A DNA stretch of 63,930 nucleotides, filler included, from Collodictyon triciliatum (lineage: Eukaryota): the NCBI GenBank assembly GCA_043381765.1. It is 5 parts of 5 records of this genome, joined end to end, with 100 filler letters (N's around TTAATTAATTAA, not from the genome) between each part and the next. Parts side by side here need not be neighbours in the genome. Positions count along the whole stretch, not along the records: positions 53,422 to 63,930 come from JBHJMP010000339.1; 4 more parts are not named here. The stretch is one strand, 5' to 3'. A model generated the notes under the pieces. It made no database searches. It worked only from the letters and a program-made list of their open reading frames with translations, and was not told the DNA's origin. A program made the translations under genes and the position numbers. Positions 54,848 to 63,930 of the stretch are shown piece after piece; position 1 is the stretch's first letter, and the number at the start of each line of letters is the position of its first letter.

Positions 54848-57800
54848 TGTATGTATGTATGTATGTATGTATGTATGTATGTATGTATGTATGTATGTAT
54901 GTATGTATGTATGTATGTTAGAAACTATTCTGATTTTTTTCTTTACAAATGGGTATACATAGCAAAACCTCTTCCTATTGTTTATGCATCGAGGACACAT
55001 AGTCAGCTTTCTCAAGTCATTCAGGAGCTCAAAAGAACAGCGTACAAGTGACGTTTTCATACACTCTTTCAGTTCAGTCATATTTCTAAACATTTTTATG
55101 GTCATATTATTAAAAAAAAAAAAAAAAGGAAAGTGAAAAAGCAAACATCATCTACAATTGTATTTCGGAGAATGATTTGTGGTCATATATAGACCTAAAA
55201 TGTGTATCCTCGGATCAAGAGCACAGTTATGTATTCATAAGGATATCTCGAAGTTGAAAGGTGTTGTTCAGAACATGGCCTGTCGCTCTGTCGTGGCCAA
55301 TCGAACATGTCAATACTCCTTGAATGTTTCAGGTATTTTCCTAAACATAATTATAGTGGTGATGATCGTGTTCCCTTTCATAGCTGTAATCGTGGCATAA
55401 TATGGAGAAAGAAAAACACTCTCATCATAAATTCTAAAATACTATAAACAAAAACATCCATTCACTGTTCATATCAAACTTTGATTAGATGTCTTGAATG
55501 ATCCAGAGATATCACTAGAGATAAATGACATGGAAGATCTGATAAAGTTTCTGAAATTCCAAGCAAAAATTCAAAAATTAGAGAACATAATGCATGTTTT
55601 TAAAGTAACCCAAAAATCATAAGGTTAATCGATTATCATTAACTTAAATAAAGGCTAGGGAGAGAGAAGACATCCTGCCCTTTTCTCACCTCTAGAGAAT
55701 TGTTAAAGGATGCAGAAATTGTTTTTCTTCCATACAACTATTTGGTTGATCAAAATACCAGGGATTTATTAAAATTAGATCTCAAGGACAGCATAGTCAT
55801 TCTAGATGAGGCCCACAATATTGTAATATTGCAACATATTTTCTATATGAACGCATGATTTTAGAACATTTAGATTTTTTTTCTTCCTTTTAATTTGTGC
55901 AAGATAGTAGAATAGTTGGATTGTAATCAGTTATGTCCACTTTTTGCGTCAGTCTAGTTACTAGGAATAATATAAAAGAATATTGACTTTCGAGTTACGT
56001 ACCGAAACTTTAATTCCTTTTACGAATCCCAGGAAGGTGTATGTAGTGATGCGGCTTCCTTTGATTTATTACCGAGCGATATTGCAAATTGTATTGATGA
56101 AGTTGGACAATGTATGAAGGTCACTATGGACAATCCATTCTCAGATAAAGAGAGTAATTATGATGCCGGTGAATTCGGGACAATTAAGAGTAACACTTTT
56201 ATCTCTACTACCCCCTCAATCGCGCCATGCAACGCTCATAATTTTTACAAGCATGACTAAATTGGATATACATCTTTAAGTCCATCATCTAACCTGCTGT
56301 ACTCTTTAAATTTTCTTCATTTATATTATTGTTACTTTCGTTATTATCAGGAACTTTGCTGAATTTAGAGAAAATAATCAATGATATTCCCCTAGGAACT
56401 GACAAGGTATTTATTTTATTTGATGTATTCAAAACATTAATTACTAGGCTGTATTTTATTATATTTGATAATCAAACCTAAATAACCTAAGCTATACTAC
56501 ATATCTGATTCTTTTTTTTAAAAAAAAAACATAGAGATATGCTCGAGATGGAAAAGAGATATTCAAAATCCTCTCCGGTGCTGAAATAACCAAAGATAAC
56601 TTTGAAAGCATTATTGCAATCATTGATAAATGTTCGAAACTTATGGCTGAATATCGTAATAAATTAATAAGTTGTATCCAATCAACCATACTAATATAGT
56701 CAGAACGTTCCCCCCATCCCCATAATGCTGAATATACGGCTTATTCTTTTCCATCTCACGTCACTACATTATTTTACCTCCAGAGGCCACTTCATCCCGT
56801 CAATCTGGATATATTGAAAAGTTTTCAGACGCTCTGAAAATTATTTTTAAAGGCGGCGTGGATGTGTCCAAGTTCTACAAGGTAATTCCCAACGCAACGC
56901 CTCATTTCGAAATATTTGATTACTTAAGGTTTGTCCTGACGATATATTTCAAGATATAAAGTGGCATAATGTAACGATTGGCTTTGTAGATGAGTATTCA
57001 TGAAGACCAACAATACCAGCAGAAGTCAAACTCCAGGCTATCCCTCTCTGTGAATGGAAAAAAACCGAGTATTCCTTTTATGTAGCTTAATCAGCTCATA
57101 TTCTTCCTCCTATTCGTGTACCTTTTTTTTTCCCCACCAGGCTAAACTCGTATACAGTTGAAGTAATTATGGTAAATTAGGTTCTCGCACGCTAAGCTAT
57201 TGGTGTTTTCGCCCTGGGCTTACCATGTCAAAGTTTTCTCACCTACCGAGATCAATCCTTTTGACATCTGGAACACTATCCCCCATGGAGTCATTTGCAT
57301 CCGAATTGGACATGTACATAGTGACAAAATTGAGAAATGAATCACATGTTCAACTTATATATTCATATTACTCTTCAATTTCATCATCATAATAGCTTGA
57401 CTTTCCATAAAATGATTTGTTTGGTTTTCATTTTTTTCTTTTTTTTCTTTTTCTTTTCCTTTTCCTATTCCTTTCTTTTCTTTTCTATTCTTTTCTATTC
57501 TTTTCTATTCTTTTCTATTCTTTTCTATTCTTTTCTATTCTTTTCTATTCTTTTCTATTCTTTTCTATTCTTTTNNNNNNNNNNNNNNNNNNNNNNNNNN
57601 NNNNNNNNNNNNNNNNNNNNNNNNNNNNNNNNNNNNNNNNNNNNNNNNNNNNNNNNNNNNNNNNNNNNNNNNNNTTTCTTTTCTTTTCTTTTCTTTTCTT
57701 TTCTTTTCTTTTCTTTTCTTTTCTTTTCTTTTCTTTTCTTTTCTTTTCTTTTCTTTTCTTTTCTTTTCTTTTCTTGAAGTCCATTTCCAATCAAGCTAGA

Positions 57801-60800
57801 GAATCCCCATATCATCAAAAAGGAGCAAATATGGGTCGGCATCATAAAAAACGGACCTGGTAATCAACAACTGTCATCTGCTTACACAAATAGAGACAAT
57901 GATGGCTACAAAACGGATCTTGGAAAGGCAATATGTGGGTATTCTCTCTTGTGACAGTTGTCGAGAAAATCATATAATTTTGCATAGCTTTGAAAGTAAT
58001 TCGAAACTCGGTTTAGTTCATTATTGTAGGGTGATACCGGACGGGGTTTTAGTTTTCTTCCCGTCATACAGTACCCTCCAATCATTGATTGAATTTTGGA
58101 AGGCAGTAAAAAAAAAAATACGTTTTATATCTACTTTTTTTTTTTCAGCCGCATTGTATACCTAGATTTCCATAAAATTTTAATCAAGCAATCTGCTGTT
58201 ATATTCTCAGATGAAGCTGTATACGTTATTAGGGTGATAAACCTACAATATGGGATCAAATATCCCGACTGAAGCCGCCATTTATAGAACCCAAAGCAAC
58301 CAACGAGTTGAATGACGTAATTTGACATAGAACCCAGTAAGATTTCAGATTCAACTAACATTTATTTTGGTATGTATGTGTATTTCTTAGATAATGGAGG
58401 ATTATTATAAATCGATTGATACTGGGAAAGGTGCATCTTTCTTTGCTGTGTGCAGGGGAAAGGTTTGTAATAAATTTAGCTCAGGCCATTGATATAGTGC
58501 ATTTTTTTCTTTCTGATATTATTTTGGATGATGAAATTATCATATAATTAACATCTAGATTTCTATATCTCTACATGTTTTTTTGTGATATAAGGTCAGC
58601 GAGGGATTAAATTTCGCTGATGCATATGGGCGGGGTGTAATCATAACAGGAATTCCTTATCCGAACTACCAAGACCCTAAGGTTTGGGTACATATTTGTA
58701 ACAAGTGTACGTGTATATATAGTGATATTTGGGTCATTCGAGTAAACGAGATGGGAGAGCGCATTAAAAAGAAAAAGTCGATTTTGAGCAATATTGTATA
58801 TTCAACTCTTTTGGTTTTGGCTAGGTTACGTTGAAGCGACAATATTTGGACGAAAATGCAAAGGTTCGATCATTTACATATATTTACAAATTTGATTTTG
58901 GATTTATTTCGCAGATTCTTTCCTTTATTCTATTCAAGGGAATATTTATTTTGAAGATATTAATATTTTTTTATTTTACCTTCACAGGGGACAATTAGTC
59001 ATATCACTGGTTCATCGTGGTACTCTCAACAGGCTTCTAGGGCTGTCAATCAAGTCTGCAACTGAATATTGTTATTGTTGTTATTGTTGTTATTGTTGTT
59101 ATTGTTGTTATTGTTGTTATTATTGTTATTATTGTTATTATTGTTATTATTGTTATTATTGTTATTATTGTTATTATTGTTATTATTGTTATTATTGTTA
59201 TTATTGTTATTATTGTTNNNNNNNNNNNNNNNNNNNNNNNNNNNNNNNNNNNNNNNNNNNNNNNNNNNNNNNNNNNNNNNNNNNNNNNNNNNNNNNNNNN
59301 NNNNNNNNNNNNNNNNNTATGTATGTATGTATGTATGTATGTATGTATGTATGTATGTATGTATGTATGTATGTATGTATGTATGTATGTATGTATGTAT
59401 GTATGTATGTATGTATGTATACCATTCTTATTATATCATATTTCAAGCTTCAATTAATGTTCGCAATATTTTACTTTTATTTAGCCCGGCATGTACCCAG
59501 AATGAATGAAACCACCATATTTGTGTCCAGAAGGCCGCAATCTGTCTCTATAAAATCGCTTGTTCGGTGGGATGTTTTTTATGGATGATATGCTGAAGTA
59601 ACCAGAAGTCGTAGATATAGGACCTGCTGCATATTTTTTTTCTTTTAATAAGATTGGCTATATATAAAAATAAAGGGATGCTCTTAGTCGATTGCCAACT
59701 GGCGAGGGAACAAGGGCTGATATATGTTCGTTGGTTCGCGACTCCCAGTAAAAACTTCTATTAATTAGTTCGTACTTTTTATAGCTATCGACGATAATAG
59801 TCACAAACAACAAATTACATTTTTATTGTCTTTTTTACCACATATCCAGGTTTATCGTCCCCAACACAACAGAGAACAGGCTTGTCAGCATTGTGAATGC
59901 TGCATTAGATAGACTGCACTATGAGAAAGACCCATGTGTTCGCTACGATGGAAATCGGCAACGGTGGATATATACTCATTTTGGCCGCAGACTTAGTGAC
60001 TTTGGTATTATTATAATTATTGTTATTGTTATTATTGTTATTGTTATTATTGTTATTGTTATTATTGTTNNNNNNNNNNNNNNNNNNNNNNNNNNNNNNN
60101 NNNNNNNTATTGTTATTATTGTTATTGTTATTATTGTTATTGTTATTATTGTTATTGTTATTATTGTTGTTATTGTTATTATTATTATTTGCAATATAGA
60201 AACCTTCTTATCAAGGTATAATAGTAATCATGTGAATATAACACGTATAATTGGTGAATTGTCTGACTCCAATTTGATAATTTTTAAATTAATTTAATAT
60301 AGGCTATAGGCAGAATTATTCGGCACAAAAACGACTTTGGGGTTATCGCATTCTGTGATGGGCGGTATAATTTGAAACCATTATTGCGTCTTTCCAAATT
60401 ACCATGCCATTCACTTCTAGTTAGGCGTTATCTCATATTTGAAAATCTCTCATGTTGTTCATCTAAAGTCCTCTAGAAAAAAATGTAACTTTCTTACTAA
60501 AGACCACATTTCCTAAAGATTTTCAGCGCCAGATATGAAGGATAAGTTATCTATGTGGCTTCGTCCGCATGTGCAGATAGTCGACTCGTTTAAAGATTCT
60601 CTTGTGTCTATCCAAAAATTCTTCAAGGTGGTACCTGAAGAATGCAAACTAGTAAGACGCAAGGTATATTCCGAGTCATTGAACAACTTAGAAATTTCTG
60701 CATCTTTATCTATCAGCCACTCTAAAATGGCCATGGATAGATGATGTATGGACTGATTTTATCTCTTATAGGAGATAACATACGAGCGAGACGACAGTGC

Positions 60801-61172
60801 AACGAGCAAATACTCGTCCAGTTCAAAATCAGAATCAGCATCATATTCGTTGAAAAGGGATAGGAATGGTGATGTTGATGGGCCAGAAAAGTCTAGGCGA
60901 ATCTTTGATGATATTAGAGATATATACTCAACGGATTCCCTTTCAAGTTTTGGTTCAAATAGGTCATGCGATATGGTGGATGGTATAGAGCCGATGCAGC
61001 GATAAAAATAATTATATCTTATCCTTGTCATTCGCCAAAAAGGAGATAACTTTTTTAAAAAATAAAATAAAAATACCCCTCAAAAATTTTTTTTAGGTAA
61101 TCCTGTCCACCCATATGGCGGAGTAGGGCTTCGTCAGTCTCTGAATCAATATTCGGTTTTATTTATTTATTT

Positions 61173-61203
<31 letters not shown>

Positions 61204-62989
61204 GTTTGTTTATTTGTTTATTTATTTACACAAAAATTGAGTTTATGCGACCATACCGCACAAAAAGGAAGCAGTCTTTTTTGGTATAAAAGATGTATTT
61301 GATAACAATAATTCACGATACTTAACAAGTCTCTTTCAAAAAAAAAAATGAAAAGGTAACCAAGAAAAAAGACGGCAAAATTATTCACAACTCCTCTGGA
61401 AATGTTCGGGATATCGGTAAAAGTCTCGATATACTCCAACAAGAACTGCAGGGTAACCAAAGTCGCGCTCGCCATGAACCTCCTGCCCACCCAAGTCAGG
61501 CCCGCGGTCTGCTGTCGCGTTCTTTTACCGAATCCTCATCACTACATGGAAAACTGGAACATGCAAATCATTCAGCCCTTCACCCCAGAGCGGAAGCTAA
61601 GAGGTCGACAATACAGTACAAACCTGCGCATGTAATAACAGGCGGGGCAGTCCCATCCCTCTACCCAACATCTAGCTCAGCAGAAAACCGGCTCTTCCCG
61701 GATAGACCCTCCCATGGCGAGGGCTATACCCCCCAAAAGTTTGTGGATGAGGTTTGGTTTTTACAATCTAATAATTTCGCAAACTTCTTATTATTAATTT
61801 CTTTCTTTTTTCTTTTTTCTTTCTTTTTTCTTTCTTTTTTCTTTCTTTTTTCTTTCTTTTTTCTTTCTTTTTTCTTTCTTTTTTCTTTCTTTTTTCTTTC
61901 TTTTTTCTTTCTTTTTCTTCTTTCTTTTTCTTCTTTCTTTTTCTTCTTTCTTTTTCTTTCTTTTTTCTTTCTTTTTTCTTTCTTTTTCTTTCTTTTTCTT
62001 CTTTCTTTTTCTTCTTTCTTTCCTTCTTTCTTTCCTTCTTTCTTTCCTTCTTTCTTTCCTTCTTTCTTTTTCTTTATGAGTTAAGATATTATCTAATAAT
62101 CATCGCGTCAAAGTGGTATATTTTATTTTTTTTTCCCTTTATTCGATTCAAAGAAAGTGGTATATTTTATAAATGCCTAGAATTATACGTAAGAACATAT
62201 TGCGAGAGACACACGCCATTTGCGCTCCACCTCACCTCCTACCCCGAGCGTCTTTACCAATTATCGAGTTTTTAAATTTATATATTTATTTAGTTATTTA
62301 TTTTTAGGTTAAAAAGAGATTGATTCCCACAGCTAGTGCGCAACTGTTCGACATTCTTCGTAACTTCAGAAATGGTGGCGTCACTCCCCATGAAATGATA
62401 CATATGGTCCGAGATATTTTGATAGAAAATAAACAGGCAAGTAAATCGTCTTTCCCTTTCTCACAAAGCCATTTCTAATCTTTTTTTTTTAAAAAAAAAC
62501 AAAAAAAAAAAAAAATCATTCAAGTCGCCAGGGTGTTTCTGGGTCTGACTTAGTTCTGGGACTGTCGTNNNNNNNNNNNNNNNNNNNNNNNNNNNNNNNN
62601 NNNNNNNNNNNNNNNNNNNNNNNNNNNNNNNNNNNNNNNNNNNNNNNNNNNNNNNNNNNNNNNNNNNNAGAAATTTTTTAAAAAAATAAAAAAGAAAATA
62701 AAATTTTTTTTCCTTTAAAAAAAAAAACTTTTTAATTTTTTTTTTTTAAAAAAAAACAAAAAAAAAAAAAACAACTAAAGTCCTCCGGGGGCATATGCTT
62801 CAGATCTAATTTTCTCTCTTCCGTTCTTTTAAGCGGGAGTGTCGATGGTTGAATTTAACTCCAGCTATGATGTAAATACAGGCAGAGTTGTTCGGCTGGT
62901 TTGGGCTCTTTGTGCCGTTGGAACATAGGACTTTATTCCAAGAAATCTATCAGGAGTATCAAGTGGGGACTGACGAAAACACAAAATGA
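54135..62989 (+). CDS. RTEL1: Regulator of telomere elongation helicase 1 (Fe-S DEAH helicase, XPD/FANCJ family) with a C-terminal harmonin-N-like domain
   Basis: [77 protein letters not shown], Fe-S cysteines (QLCIH..MAC..TCQY..SCPF), [79 protein letters not shown]; the terminal exons give a helical domain ending [17 protein letters not shown]. Confidence 0.9.
59067..60190. repeat. (TTA/TTG)n and (TATG)n microsatellites flanking the NFRKB-like block
   Basis: 59067-59217 (TTATTG/TTATTATTG), 59318-59420 (TATG), 60005-60190 (TTATTG), with N gaps at 59218-59317 and 60070-60107. Confidence 0.9.
59485..60004 (+). CDS. NFRKB: Three internal exons of an NFRKB/INO80G-like gene located within an RTEL1 intron
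   Basis: Exons 59485-59566, 59676-59747 and 59850-60004 splice to [80 protein letters not shown], matching the conserved NFRKB motif LVRDAAARLPxGEGTRAxICxLxxDSQF...[14 protein letters not shown]. Confidence 0.85.
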
Positions 62990-63346
62990 TTACGAACCTA
63001 TCTCACTTACAACAAATACATATAAAAAAATGAATAAATACCCGTCAACAAAAATCCTCGTTTGTTGGTTGAGCGCCATAAACTGAAAGGATTTTTTTAT
63101 AAAAAAAAACTGTCTTCTGTTAACTCTTATTTTTTTAATCCTTGTTTTGGTTTTTATTATTCAGGTATTTAATTTTCTTTTCTGTTTGTCGTGTTTTTAT
63201 TGTGTGTGTTTTTTTTAATTATGCTTTCCTTTACCGCACCATTGGATAAATTATCAAGTATGCGGACCTTTCATTTGGGTGGCCTATGCAAGACGTCCAT
63301 AATCATAATAATACAACATAAGCAAATGGCAAACATGATTTCCTAT

Positions 63347-63347
<1 letters not shown>

Positions 63348-63420
<73 letters not shown>
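63348..63420. repeat. (GT)n microsatellite
   Basis: Directly visible. Confidence 0.95.
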
Positions 63421-63422
<2 letters not shown>

Positions 63423-63482
63423 CAAGAGGAAGAGGGTAAAAGAAAAAGAAAGTGCAGAGAATCCTTACAATCGGACGAGACC

Positions 63483-63930
63483 CTACAGTCCCGACTCCTT
63501 GAGCTGGGCGAGAATCGCCTGGGCGTCCTCTTCCCCAAGCCGGCCAGCCGTGTCCATCAGCCGAGCCGCCTTCTCAGCGTCCTGCGCAACTCCGAGACCG
63601 CGCGAATGCAGCAGACTCGCGGCAACCAAGCATCCGATGTGCTCCTTGGCGACTCCGCGTTCGAGCATCTGTGCAGCCCGCGCCGGGTCCGCCTCAACGC
63701 CAACGCCGCCAAGCAGGCAAAGGGCGTACTGGAAGAGACCCTCCACATCGCCGTCATCGTGCGCAGACTGGTAGAGACGGGCAGCCTCCTCCGCGTTCTT
63801 CTCCACCCCGAGTCCGTGGCGGTAACAGTTTGCAAGGTTGATTCGGGCGTCATTGTCGCCGTGCTCTGCGGCCTTTGCGTACCACTTTGCAGCCTCCGTG
63901 TAGTCCTGCACAACGCCGTTCCCGCTCTCG
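63483..63930 (-). CDS. Sel1-like repeat protein, 3' end (runs off the window)
   Basis: GNGVVQDYTEAAKWYAKAAEHGDNDARINLANCYRHGLGVEKNAEEAARLYQSA..GVGVEADPARAAQMLERG: canonical Sel1 repeats in GC-rich sequence. Confidence 0.9.
   Translation of the reverse strand, partial: ESGNGVVQDYTEAAKWYAKAAEHGDNDARINLANCYRHGLGVEKNAEEAARLYQSAHDDGDVEGLFQYALCLLGGVGVEADPARAAQMLERGVAKEHIGCLVAASLLHSRGLGVAQDAEKAARLMDTAGRLGEEDAQAILAQLKESGL

Overview
AT-rich, intron-rich nuclear DNA of a flagellated eukaryote (probably a protist; standard genetic code, spliceosomal GT-AG introns). It is a draft assembly: four artificial 100-nt spacers (44 N + TTAATTAATTAA + 44 N at about 9.2, 25.6, 45.1 and 53.3 kb) split the window into five pieces whose adjacency is not guaranteed, and further N gaps fall mostly at intronic microsatellites. 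Genes reconstructed by manual splicing: UVRAG/VPS38-like (5' partial); a polycystin-2-like channel that appears to carry an N-terminal LRR and C-terminal SPRY-like domains; two tandem receptor-like genes sharing a Cys-rich stalk and multi-pass membrane module but with different ectodomains (14 WD40 repeats versus LRRs, the latter including 13 consecutive 69-nt one-repeat exons); a kinesin-3-like motor (3' truncated); an orphan 3' gene fragment; a complete axonemal dynein heavy chain 2 (I1-beta/DNAH2); a beta-alpha fused NAD(P) transhydrogenase; RTEL1 helicase with three NFRKB-like exons inside one of its introns; and a Sel1-repeat gene fragment. The most promising biology is the modular receptor pair and the LRR-polycystin-SPRY channel. 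All gene models are inferred from sequence alone, with no transcript or database evidence.
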